A stretch of DNA of 64,000 bases, from assembly GCF_006345805.1 (NCBI RefSeq), contig NC_043018.1, positions 24,924,001 through 24,988,000 of the forward strand. The letters are read 5' to 3'. Shown here piece by piece: positions 50,874 to 63,590 of the stretch (positions within the stretch are counted from its first letter, which is position 1; each line of letters opens with the position of its first letter). Position numbers and translations under genes: made by a program. The stretch is from Octopus sinensis. Taxonomy: Eukaryota. The notes beneath the pieces were generated by a model. It was not told the origin of the DNA, did not search any database, and saw only the letters and a program-made list of their open reading frames with translations.

Positions 50874-51202
50874 ATAAAATTACTTGAAACGGGAAAAAAG
50901 CAGCTCAATATGGCAATGACAAAAGAGCTTCACAGTCAACTTCAAAACGATCCAAAAATGCAACAGCAAAAGAAAATGATCCAATTCAATTAACCTCAGA
51001 TAAAAATTTACATAATAATTAACAACCAATTTAAACGATGCACAAGAAATATATATCAAAATATTATTGAGAAACAGCTAGCAACCGTTTAGGGAAAAAA
51101 ATAGCAAGGAAAAGCAATTACTTACAATGATGAATTTTAAATTCCTAAATAACAGGTGCAAAGAATTAAAACTGTAAGTAAATACGCTTACAATTGGATA
51201 CT

Positions 51203-51598
51203 CTTTTACTCTTTTACTTGTTTCAGTCATTTGACTGCGGCCATGCTGGAGCACCGCCTTTAATCGAGCAACTCGACACCGGGACTTATTCTTTTGTAAG
51301 CCCAGTACTCATTCTATCGGTCTCTGTTGCCGAACCGCTAAGTAACGGGGACATAAACACACCAGCATCGGTTGTCAAGCAATGCTAGGGGTACAAACAC
51401 AGACACACAAACACATACATATACATATATATACGACAGGCTTCTTTTCAGTTTCCACCTACGAAATCCACTCACAAGGCTTTGGTCGGCCCGAGGCTAT
51501 AGCAGAAGACACTTGCCCAAGATGCCACGCAGTGGGACTGAACCCGGAACCATGTGGTTGGTTAGCAAGCTACTTACCACACAGTCACTCCTGCGCCT
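51203..51598 (-). mobile_element. SINE family B, young full-length copy
   Basis: CpG-rich and very similar to 3250-3641 and 56203-56578. Confidence 0.88.
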
Positions 51599-51620
51599 AT
51601 TGGTAATAATAATTCTATTC

Positions 51621-51853
51621 TTAAGCCATTAAGTCCTAGAATACTTAAATTTCTGAATATTACTTTTAAATTTTTATAGATGATTGAAAATAGGTTAAAA
51701 TGGAAAAAAAATGATTATCAAAACTCCTTTACTTCAAGTAGAAATGGAAATACTCGGTGTCCTATAAATAGGACACCGAGACAATGTGATATAGCTTAGT
51801 TAATGTTCTCATTTGGTGTCCTATTTATAGGACAGTGGGACTGAATGGGTTAA
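51621..51853. mobile_element. TTAA-flanked MITE, third family, with an internal perfect hairpin
   Basis: ttaagccattaagtcc...ggactgaatgggttaa. Internal ctcggtgtcctat-aa-ataggacaccgag at 51753-51780. Confidence 0.65.
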
Positions 51854-52059
51854 AAAGACCTAATTCATGAATTGGAAAAAAGATGCAAACAATCGATACT
51901 AGTGTTTGGTATCAATCAGCAATAACTAATATTGGTAAAAATACCTTAAAGGTGGAAAATTGTCTTATCCAAAAACTATACAGACATGCAAGACTTTGCT
52001 TGTGTTCAAATGACTGGACACACCTGGGGTCAAATAATTTTCAACATCAGAGGGTAGGA

Positions 52060-52770
52060 CAAGCCATAAGGGAGTGTTAAAATGCTTAGCACCATTTCAT
52101 CAGTCTTTACATTCTGAGTTCAAATCCCATCGAGGTCAATTTTGCTTTTAATCCTTACAGGTCAATAAAATAAGTACCAGTTAACTATTGGGGTCAATTT
52201 AATCAGTTTAGCCCCTCCCCTGAAATTGCTAGCCTTGTGCCAAACTTTAAAATCATTATTATTACCATTACTATTATTATTATTAGGGCAGTGAGCTGGC
52301 AGAATTGTTAGCACGCTGGACAAAATGCTTAGCGGTATATGTTGCCTGTCGCTATATTCAGGGTTCAAATTCCACTGAGGTCTACTTTACCTTCCATCCT
52401 TTCGGGGTCAATAAAATAAGTTCCAATTGAACACTGAGGGTGATGTAATCGACTCATTCCCTCCCTCAAAGATTGCTGCCCTTGTGGCAAAATTTTAAAC
52501 CATTATTATTATTAAAATATATTATTATTATTATTATTATTATGAAGGCCGTGAGCTGGCAGAATCGTTAGTGCACTGGTCAAACTACTTAGCGGCATTT
52601 CGTCTGTCTTTATGATCTGGGTTCAAATTCTGCTGAGGTCAACTTTGTCTTTCATCCTTTCAGGGTCCGTAAATTAAGTACTGGTTGAGTACTGGGGTCG
52701 ATGTAATCGACTTATCCTACCCCTGCTAAACTGCTGGCCTTGTGCAAAAATTTAAAATCATCATTATTAT
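52060..52770 (+). mobile_element. Chain of three SINE family A copies separated by (ATT)n
   Basis: Copies at about 52080-52255, 52288-52505 and 52545-52760. Further copies lie at 49822-50020 and 55646-55850. Confidence 0.85.
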
Positions 52771-54086
52771 TATATTTGTAATAATCAAAATTAAGCTAAA
52801 GTAATCAGACAAAGCAACCTACTAAACTACATAATGAGTGAGTAGCGTACACAGTGAAATGACTGGCCTCGTTTGTCACTACTAAAACCAATTAGCAGAA
52901 ATAACAGTAATTTAATGTTGATAGCTAAAATTATTATAGCCAAACTATCACATCGTCCACTGGACAACAGACAAACCAATGTCCTGTTAGAAATAACAAT
53001 TGAATCTCCCTCGAATCATGCCATAGCATCTCAAAAAATATTTATGAACAAAAGAATATAGGTACAGATGTGGACCTAAGGGTAAGAACCCTGCTTCTCA
53101 ACCATGAGGTTTTGGGTTCTGTCCCACTGTCTGGCTGCTTGGGGCAAGTGTCTTCTATTATAGACTTGTGAGTGGATTTGGTAGATAGAAACCGAAAGAA
53201 GCCCATTGTATGTATGTATATATATATATATATGCATACATGTATATACAGGATATGGGGGTGGGTAGGGGTGCTGAAAAATTCCTGGCTTTTACACACA
53301 TACATGCTTATATATACATACATACATACACATACATATATACACATACACACACATATATATATATACACGCATACATACACACACATACACATGTGCA
53401 ATAATATATATGCTTACACACACATGCCATACCAAAACCAATTATTCTAATTGGCCTACATATGGTTGAATATATTATTACTATTATTATTATCGTCATC
53501 GTCGTCACATCGTTATCATTGCCATCATCATCATAAACAGTAGGAAGAAGAATAGCAGTCCCCGACAGTAGACAGACGTGTGTATATATATGTGTGTGTG
53601 TGTGTGTGAGCAGACCTTTCTTTCATAATCAGTGTACCACCCCACTTCACCTACCCTAACCACACACCCTGTCTCTGATGAAAACCAAAACTCAAGCTGT
53701 TCTACCCATATGTGACAGGAGGAGGTCAGTCGGATTTGAACCAAGATTCCTGTGTTTGGCGGCGGTGAGCCGGGGCGGGGAGTGGTGGGCGCCAATTAAT
53801 AAATTGGAATATTAAATCCCAAATGGAATCATTTAGAAAAATAACAGTTTATGCGTTGTTTTTTTTTTTTTTGATTTTTCACTTTTATTTTGTAAGTTTG
53901 TGTACGTGCAAAAATGTGTGTGTAGAAGGTATATATGGTGTGTGTGTGTGTGTGTGTAGGGGTGAAGTGAATGGGGGGACTTTATGTGTTTATTTCGTTT
54001 TGTTTATGGGTGGATGGTAGACTGATGGGAGATTATACATCCACCCATCCATACATACACATATATATATATATACATAATGTGTG

Positions 54087-54129
<43 letters not shown>

Positions 54130-54357
54130 TATATATTATACATATATACATATATATATATGTATATATATATACATATATACATATATATATATGTTAT
54201 ATATATACAATATATACATATATATATATGTATATATATATACATATATACATATATATATATGTATATTATATACATATATACATATATATATATGTAT
54301 ATACATATACATATATACATATGTATATACAATACATATATACATATATATATATTT

Positions 54358-54399
<42 letters not shown>

Positions 54400-54519
54400 C
54401 ATATATATACATAATACATACATATATATACATACATACATATATATACATACATACATATATATACTACATACATACATATATATACATACATACATAT
54501 ACATACATACATACATACA

Positions 54520-54555
<36 letters not shown>

Positions 54556-54625
54556 TATATATGTATATATACATGCATATATATGTGTGGGTATGTGTAT
54601 ATATATATATATTATATGCATATGT

Positions 54626-54656
<31 letters not shown>

Positions 54657-56202
54657 ATGAATGCACAATCATGGTAATCAACCTGTTCTCTCAGATGTAT
54701 ATTCTAACACACACACACACACACGTATATATACAGAGAGAAGAGAAAGAGAGACGTACATATATACAGATACATACATATAAACACATGCACATATTCA
54801 TGATAGACAGACAGACAGACATACCTATTGACACACAAACACATATTCATTGAAGTTATCACAAACAAACAACATGCAACCCATCCACACACACACACAC
54901 ACTTCACACATAAACTATACACACATGTGCAACACAATATACACACTGCACAACACACACACACACACACGAACTATACATGCATATGCAATACAATACA
55001 CACATGTAAACACAAAAGCCAACTAAAGACTCTTGTACATGGTAGTTTGACTAGCTAGAAATAGCAGCCTAATCTCCTTGAAACCACACTATTGTCTTAA
55101 GCAAAGAAAAACACATTAGGTGATGTAACCCTCGATACACTATGACTGGCAGTACGTTGGGATGGCCATTGCTGGAACACACCATTTGCCTGATAATGGT
55201 TGACCTTGGGCTAAATAATACACACACACACACTCAAGTAGACATATATAAAAACTACTACTACTGCCACCACCACCATTACTACTACTACTACTAATAA
55301 TAATAATAATAAATAATTGTGACTTGAGTTACCAGGATGTCATGATTTAAATGTCTTGTAGAATTAAAAGCAGTGACCCAGTTTCAATTCCAAGCTTCAG
55401 TTAGTTTACTAATAAAAACCCTTGGGTAATGTATGAACATCACAATTTTACACACACCACTCCACTCATGCCCTACACTCACTCACAGACTGACACTTAA
55501 CATGTCGTGATTATTAACAAAAAAAAATCCAACAAAAAATTTTTTAAAAAACGCTTATCATTATAGGGTTTGAGATAATTGACTGCCCCCCCCCCCAACC
55601 ACCAAATTTGTGGCCGCTTGTTAGAAATTATAATTATATTATAAAAGGCGGCAAGCTGACAGAATCGTTAGCATGCCAGGCAAAATGCTTAGTGGCATTT
55701 CATCTGTCTTCATGTTCTGAGTTCAAATTTCGCCAACGTCCACTTTGTCTTCCCTCCTTTCAGGGGTCAATAAATTAAGTACCAGTGAAACACTGGGGGT
55801 CGATGTAATTGACTAATCCTCTCCCCAAAAATTTCAAACCTTGTGCCTTTATTATTATTAGTAACTTGGCAAAAGAGACCGATAGAATAAGTACTAGGCT
55901 TACAAAGAATAAGTTTCGATTTGTTCAACTAAAGGTGGTGCTCCAGCATGACCACAGTCAAATGACTGAAACAAGTGAAAAAAATAATAGGGTTTTTTTT
56001 TATATGCATTAAATGACAATGGGGGGTCCAGTGGAGTAAAACAGAACCAAAGGGGTCCAGTAGCCAAAAAATGGTTGAGAACCATTAGACCAGTGGTTTC
56101 CGAGCTTTTCACATTGGTTCCTAACCGTTTTATTTAAGTGAGTTTTCCCAGGGACCCCTTTTAATATGCTCATCCTTGTGTTTGTGTGTGTGTCTGTGTA
56201 TA

Positions 56203-56578
56203 TACTCTTTTACTTGTTTCAGTCATTTGACTGTGGCCATGCTGGAGCACTGCCTTTAGTCGAGCAACTTGACCCCGGGACTTATTCTTTATAAGCCCCT
56301 TTTGCCGAACCGCTAAGTGACGGGGACATAAACACACCAGCATCGGTTGTCAAGCAATGCTAGGGGGACAAACACAGACACACACACACACATATATATA
56401 TATATACATACATATATATGACGGGCATCTTTCAGTTTCTGTCTACCAAATCCACTCACAAGGCTTTGGTTGGCCCGAGGCTATAGTAGAAGAGACTTGC
56501 CCAAGGTGCCACGCAGTGGGACTGAACCCGGAACCATGTGGTTGGTAAACAAGCTACTTACCACACAGCCACTCCTAT
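56203..56578 (-). mobile_element. SINE family B, young copy with a small internal deletion
   Basis: Same consensus; about 400 bp from the NT5C2 donor site. Confidence 0.85.
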
Positions 56579-56984
56579 ATTTTTTTTTTCTTCACTCGTT
56601 TATTACGGTTATTTTATTATTTTAATGTCTGTCCATTGTCCAGAAATCTTTTATCACACATCTGTGATCTCTTCAGCGACACTTCTCGTTTCCATGTGTG
56701 TTCTTGCTCCGCTCACTCCATTCTATTCTTCCAAAATGTGTATCCTTATGTGCACAGGCATTCGGGTGCTTGTTTGTGTGTGTCAGTGTGTCACAGTTTC
56801 AGCAACAATGTGGCCTTCCCCTTGGCCCCAACCTCTCGCCCCAATTTTGAATTTAATTCACAGACTTCCAGTGCTACCTTTGCAGATCATCAGGAGTCCA
56901 TGGACCCCAGGTTAGGAACAACTGTATTACAGTAAGGCATTGTATCCCCAAGAGAAATAGCAAGAAGTTTTAGATAAGACGAAC

Positions 56985-57085
56985 CTTTTGTCTGGATCTC
57001 TTTTATAGACTTTGTTCTGAACTGGATTTTTTAACTCCGAGTAGGTCTGGTTTGAAACCTCATTGTCATTATTCTTCAAAGGCAT
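56985..57085 (-). CDS. NT5C2: Cytosolic purine 5'-nucleotidase (cN-II), first recognisable coding exon (exon probably starts at acceptor 57106 with 21 nt before the ATG)
   Basis: Reads MPLKNNDNEVSNQTYSELKNPVQNKVYKRDPDK + AG|gttcgt. Upstream acceptor tcttttaatccacag|. KVYKRDPDKR aligns with vertebrate KKYRREAYHR. ATG to donor is 101 nt, phase 2, and joins the 45101 exon in frame. The ATG assignment is inference: the frame is also open upstream to the acceptor. Confidence 0.85.
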
Positions 57086-57847
57086 CTTAGGAAATCTTTC
57101 TTGGTGCTGTGGATTAAAAGAATCATGAAAAGTAGGTTTTATTACATCATTATCATCATCATCATCAACAGCCAACACCACCACCACCACCACAACCACT
57201 ACACCAATTAACATAATCAGTATTGCTAACACTACCATTACCACCATCATAACAATCACAACTACTGCCATCATCAGCAACATTATCATCATGGTAACCA
57301 TCATTATCCTCACAATCCGTTCTATCGTCATGATCATCATTATTACTCTCTTTTACTCTTTTACTTGTTTCAGTCATTTGACTGTGGCCATGCTGGAGCA
57401 CCGCATTTTAGTCGAGCAAATCGACCCCAGGACTTATTCCTTGTAAGCCTAGTACTCATTCTATCGGTTCCTTTTGCCGAACTGCTAAGTTACGGGGACA
57501 TAAACACACCAGCATCGATTGTCAAGCGATGTTGGGGGGACAAACACAGACATACACACATACACACATGCATACATACATGCATATATAAGCACACACA
57601 CACACACACAAACAAACAAAAAGGAACGCAGTTTGAATAACAGACAGAGTTAAAACAATTGAAAAAGGTTGCAAGACGCAACGAGAATTTTAGAAAAATA
57701 AGGAAGAAAATGAATGGAAATTTTACCAGTGAGTGTGTTAAATTATAAGGCACCACAAGAGAATGACCCTCCCCAGACACAACAGAAAGATAGACAAATA
57801 GAAAGAGAACAGGGAGACAAATAGACAGAGAGACAGACAGAATGACT

Positions 57848-57879
<32 letters not shown>

Positions 57880-58572
57880 GGTAATGATAGAGCCATCACC
57901 ATAAGTACATGTCAACTTTCCAGTTGAGTAGAGATGCCAGTTCAATGGTTGACATTCTATAAACTGGAGCAGGTGGGTTATGAGGAGGGTGGAGGAACAG
58001 TAGCAACCTTCCTCCCACTCTCCCTCATACTCTCTGCACCTCCCCTTTTTCCGCACGCCTGCACCTCGGTGTGTGTGTGTGTGTGTGGATGTCTGCACAT
58101 TTGACCTCTTCACACACCAATATAAATGATACAGTATATTGATTCATATATAAACAATGATAACGAAGACGTCTAATCAATAACCAATAATTAGTATGTC
58201 AGAGAGTGACCTTTATACGTTCATATAAATACACACACACACGAGCATATATGTGTTTATCTTTCATCTTTCACTTGTTCCAGTTGTTGGACTGTGACCA
58301 TGCTGGAGCACCGCCTCCAGGACTTTAGTTGAACAAATTGACCCCAGTAATTATATATTTTATTGGTCTCTTTTGTTGAATTGTCAAGTTACGAGGGACA
58401 TAAACAAACCACATATATATAATATATATATTATATATATATATATATTATATATGTATGTATGTATATATATGCATGTATGTATGTGGTATATATATAT
58501 ATGTATGTATGTATGTATTATGTATGTATGTATGTTTATATGTATGTATGTATGTATATATATGTATGTATG

Positions 58573-58634
<62 letters not shown>

Positions 58635-59053
58635 TTAGACTGGGGTCTGGTGCAGTGTTCCAGCGTGCTAGCCCAGTCAAACCGTCCAACCCATGCCAGC
58701 ATGGACAACAAATGTATGATGATGATGATGATGATGATGAGACACACACACACATACATATAAGCACATACCTTCATATAAATATGTGCACATATATGCC
58801 CAACTACCAATGAAGAGGTTTCTATGTACCTCCTCAGAGTGTAAGAAATGGCAGCCAAATCTCTCGTGAATCACACACTGGCATCTTGGAAAAGAAGGAC
58901 ACATTGGATGTTGTGGCTTTGGGTGTATTGTGGTGGGAAAGGGATCGGATGGTCATGGCTGGAATGCCTTTTGGGCATAGAGTTGTTCGATCAGGGCTGA
59001 CCTAGGGCTAAACAACATCAACAGTCAAAAGACTGTACTTGAGAGCATGTGTA

Positions 59054-59087
<34 letters not shown>

Positions 59088-59459
59088 AGAGAGAGAGTGT
59101 GTGTGTGTGTGTGTGTGAATGAATGAGAGAGTAAGAGTGTGTGTGTGTGCATGTATACACACAAATGCATACACAAATAATATATACACAGAGAGGAATG
59201 CATACAGACACACCACACACACTCATACATAAAAATAAATGGCAGTGCCCCAGCATGGCCACAGCCTTTGAGCTGGAACACACAAAGGAAATAAAAGCAA
59301 TCATATAAATATATACACGTGAATAAATATACATAAAATATGCATACATACATAAATATACATACATGCATTATACATACATATGGCCAGTGTTAGTTCT
59401 ACATCATCAGTTTAATGACCAGTTTCAGGCTGGCATGATTTATACATACGTTTATACAT

Positions 59460-59467
59460 AAATACAT

Positions 59468-59512
<45 letters not shown>

Positions 59513-59557
59513 CGTGTGTGTGTGTGTGTGGTGTGTGTGTGTGCGTGTGTGTGTGTA

Positions 59558-59595
<38 letters not shown>

Positions 59596-59612
59596 TGTGT
59601 GTGCGTGCGTGC

Positions 59613-59651
<39 letters not shown>

Positions 59652-59720
59652 TGTGTGTATGTGTGTGTGTGTGTGTGTGTATGTGCGTGCGTGTGTGTAT
59701 GTGTGTGTGTGTGTGTGAAT
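59460..59720. repeat. About 260-bp (TG)n alternating purine-pyrimidine tract
   Basis: Seen directly. Confidence 0.95.
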
Positions 59721-59919
59721 GTAGCCACCCATACAATGCACACTTATGTTCTGAAATATGAATGTATAATCAGCCATAATCAAACATGTATTCATATGGA
59801 TATCTATAGTAATAAATACACGTATACATACATGCACACATTTGTGTGCATGCGGGATTGTGTGTGCATGCATGTGTGTGTGTATATACATTATATATAC
59901 ACACACAAGTATACATACA

Positions 59920-59957
<38 letters not shown>

Positions 59958-60269
59958 CATATGTGTGGGTGCGTTTTTATATATATATATAGATGATGAT
60001 GATGCTATATATATAAACACACACACACATATGTATGTGTATATAGATAGATAGATATAGATAGGAAGATAGATATTTAGATAAGTAGATAGATGGATAA
60101 ATAGATATATAAATACGCACACATATGTATACACACACATGTACACATATATATTGCGACATGCACACATATCTATACTGAAACGCAAATGTGTGTGTGT
60201 GTGTATGTTTATATATATGAGAGAGAGAGATGGCTGGATAGATAGACAGAGAAATAGATAAGCAGTTTG

Positions 60270-60300
<31 letters not shown>

Positions 60301-61599
60301 ACACACATATATATATATATGTATGTATGTATACACACATATACCTCATCAACTATAACCACCTTGTTAAATCTAATGATGTTGAGGTAGTAGTACTGGT
60401 GGATGTGGGGGTAAAATAGGAAGGTTGGTGGGTGGGTAGGACGTAGGGATTATAGGGATCTCCATGACCCACCCCCTCCTACATAGGCTCAACCTTTTTC
60501 TTCCAGTCCAACTCCTACCACCACCCACTTTTGGCAACAGAGAGAGAAATAGCTTTTACACTAATCAGATCTACCACTAGAACTGCACCCCCCCCCCAAC
60601 ACACACACCCCACACATCCATCAACACTGCCTTACTCTCCCCCACCAGCATCATCGTCATCATCATCATCCCCATGGAAACACTGAAATCAGTGACCTTC
60701 CTTTATCAAGTTCATCACCTGCTCCCTAACATCAATCACTTAAAAATCACCTCTAGCTGCCCCCCTCCCTTCTCCCTTCCCCAGCTCCTTCCTATTGCGA
60801 ACCCCCACCACCTCCACTTTCACTCTATGGAAAGGGTGGGGGTGCAACTCTTGCCACACCTCTTCTGTACCCTATGACCCCTACAAACGTAACCTCCACC
60901 CCACCTTTTCCACTACAACTCCCAGAATCTCCTTCTGGGACCTTCTACAAATTTGTTGTTGCTTCTACTGTTTAACCCCAGGTCAGCCCTGATCGAGTCG
61001 AACAAAGCTATGATCAAAGGTATTCCAGCCATGATCATCCAAATTGATTTCCCATGTGTGCAGGAAAACCAAAACATTATTAAAGGAGTCCTTTTCAAAT
61101 GCAATATGAGGTCATTTGAGGAAAATTTGCTTGCTACATCTAGCAAGATGAGTGGCTATGTAGAGGCTCTCTTGTTTGGCTTTGTTTATACGTAGAGGTT
61201 TCAGGCTCCTCGTCCTACAAGCTAGAAACAGCAGTGAAATCTCATATTGTACAAATTAACACTTTAACTGATTTAAAAAATAGAAAAAGGCACAGATAAT
61301 GAAGTCACAGATCAGTAAAAATGAGAGCCATGGCTGGGATGTCTTTAATCATGTCTGCTGGATTAGGGCTGGGCTGGGCTGCTGGGTCTAAACCACTAGT
61401 CTCCTCCCTCCCAGCAACAGCACCACCATCACAACACCTTGGTCAACTAAATGTGCAACAAGCAAACAAAGAAGCTTGTATGTGGTTGCTTGATCTGCAA
61501 GTCATAGTAGCCAAATGCCCCCTAAACTCAAACACTAGCATTTTCAAAAAAGAAGAACACACTACTTTTAGAGGCTTCTTTAACCTTAATTTGAATGTT

Positions 61600-61915
61600 C
61601 TTTGTAAGCCTAGTACTTATTCTATTGGTCTCTTTTGCTGAACCACTAAGTTACAGGGACATAAACACACCAACATCAGTTGTCACACGATGATGGGGGG
61701 AGGACAAACAGAGATGCACAAACATATACATATATATATATATACACATATACACACATATATAACAGGCTTCTTTCAGTTTCCGTCTAATAAATACACT
61801 CACAAGGCTTTGGTCGGTCCAAGGCTATAGTAGAAGACACTTGCCCAAGGTGCCATGCAGTAGGACTGAACCCAGAACTATGTGGTTGTGAAGTAAGCTT
61901 CTTACCAACAGCCAG
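61600..61915 (-). mobile_element. SINE family B
   Basis: Same consensus. Confidence 0.8.
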
Positions 61916-62721
61916 TATGACTCGCCTAGGTTTAATAAAAATATATCCTAAATTTCTTCAACTAAAACCTTTCAAGGTGGTGCTCCAGAACGTAAAGACA
62001 GACAAAAATAAAAATATGTTACACTCTCGGAGTGGTTGGCGTTAGGAAAGGCATCCAGCTGTAGAAACTCTGTCAGATCAAGATTGAAGCCTGGTGCAGC
62101 CATCTGGTTCGCCAGCCCTCAGTCAAATCGTCCAACCCATGCTAGGCATGGAAAGCGGACATTAAACGATGATGATGATGTTACAATGCCTAATCATTAC
62201 AAACATTAACGAGTATTTCACGAAATGATTCAATTTAAATTACATGGTTTTGATGTCAGTAATTGCTATACCTGTCCAGGTTACTTTCTAATTGCAAAGG
62301 TAAAGACATAATAAGTGACACTGTCACTTGACCTTTCTAATGTTTTCTGCAAATACAGATAGATTTTGGCCACCGTTATCTTTCATCTTTTACTTGCTTC
62401 AGTCATTAGGCTGCGGCCAGACTGGGGCATTGCCTTGGAGAATTTTTAGTCAGACGTAGCAACCCCAGCACTTACTTTTGTTTTTTAAAGTCTGGTACTC
62501 ATTCTATTAGTCTCTTTTGCTGAACCACTAAGTTATGGTAACGTAAACACACCAACACAGACACAAATAAAAAAGAAAATACACATACATATATATACTT
62601 ATACAGATATATATATACAAGTATATATAATATATCTAAATAAATATATGTACATACATATACACACTCATACACATATATACATATAATTATATATATA
62701 TGTTAGTGTGTGTGTTTGCAT

Positions 62722-63130
62722 GAGGGTGCTGAAGGGTTCCTAGTTTTGATTAAAAAAAAAAAAGAGGAGGATCAAATAATTATGATTTTATTTAACATAT
62801 TTCCTTCTCAGATTCACACGGTTTTTCTAAGCCCTGTAAAAAAATCGGAAGTTCTGAGCATCTAACCAGGCCTTTTGCAATACCCTTAACCCTTTCGTTA
62901 CTATATTTCTTTTGAGATGCTTTGTGTTTCTTTCAATTACTTTAAATGTTACAAAGAATTTAGTAAAATGACTTGGTTATCATTAAGATAGTGTTAGGAA
63001 CATAAATTGTGACTAAGGTTTGGTGGAAGATTTTAATTTAAAACTTATGAAAACAAGACATTTGTACTCAGAGTCAGAGCCGATTTGATAACGAAAGGGT
63101 TAAAGACAGGAACTTTTCAGCACCCCCTTG
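62722..63130. mobile_element. mariner-type MITE hosting the piggyBac-type MITE
   Basis: Ends gagggtgctgaagggttcct and aggaacttttcagcaccccc are inverted. Removing 62890-63103 restores a contiguous end. A fragment of the same end occurs at about 53268-53292. Confidence 0.7.
62890..63099. mobile_element. piggyBac-type MITE (TTAA TSD, CCC...GGG ends)
   Basis: ttaa|ccctttcgttac...ataacgaaaggg|ttaa. Confidence 0.9.
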
Positions 63131-63264
63131 TAACTACACACACATACACACACAAATATATAAGCACATGCATACACACATATATATATTAAATTCAGCT
63201 TATGTTGAAAGTCAACAAAGTTTGCTTCAGAAGTGTTGAGATGTATTGAAAGATGCAAATAAGA

Positions 63265-63397
63265 AAATAATTTTATTCTCGAAAGCAGGAGAATGCTAAT
63301 AATATAGCATGAAAAGGAAAAACTGCAAAATATGGATAGTTTTGCCTTTTCATGCTATATTATTAGCATTCTCCTGCTTTCGAGAATAAAATTATTT
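63265..63397. repeat. Fold-back with perfect 53-bp arms
   Basis: 63265-63317 is the exact reverse complement of 63345-63397. Confidence 0.95.
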
Positions 63398-63429
63398 CCT
63401 GTATATATGTATATATATATATATATATA

Positions 63430-63590
63430 CACCCACTACACTCACGGAGTGGTTGGCGTTAGGAAGGGCATCCAGCTGTAGAAACACTGCCAGATCAGCC
63501 TGGAGCCAGGTGCAGCCTTCCGGCTTCCCAGATCCCGGTCGAACCGTCCAACCCATGCTAGCATGGAAAACGGACGTTAAACGATGATGA
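63430..63590 (+). mobile_element. Well-preserved RTE-tail/SINE copy
   Basis: cccactacactcacggagtggttggcgttaggaagggcatccagctgtagaaac...ggacgttaaacgatgatgat, with CpGs retained. Confidence 0.8.

Larger units (their letters stand above)
45102..56984 (-). other. NT5C2: NT5C2 intron, about 11.9 kb, phase 2
   Basis: GT-AG boundaries between the two exons above; the split Arg codon AG|G keeps the frame. Confidence 0.85.

Noticed and set aside
57900-57955. Minus-strand MSTIELASLLNWKVD as an upstream coding exon
   Set aside because: There is no convincing phase-0 donor, and the similarity to vertebrate MSTSW is only three residues.
61321-61641. 106-aa ORF with a signal-peptide-like start
   Set aside because: It is assembled from SINE fragments at both ends and is antisense to the host gene, with no splice or domain support.
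11-63590. The many ORFs rich in YI, HT, CV, MY, poly-H, poly-V or poly-S in the supplied track
   Set aside because: They are translations of (TA)n, (CA)n, (CATA)n and trinucleotide microsatellites, open in several frames and on both strands, with no domain content or splice context.
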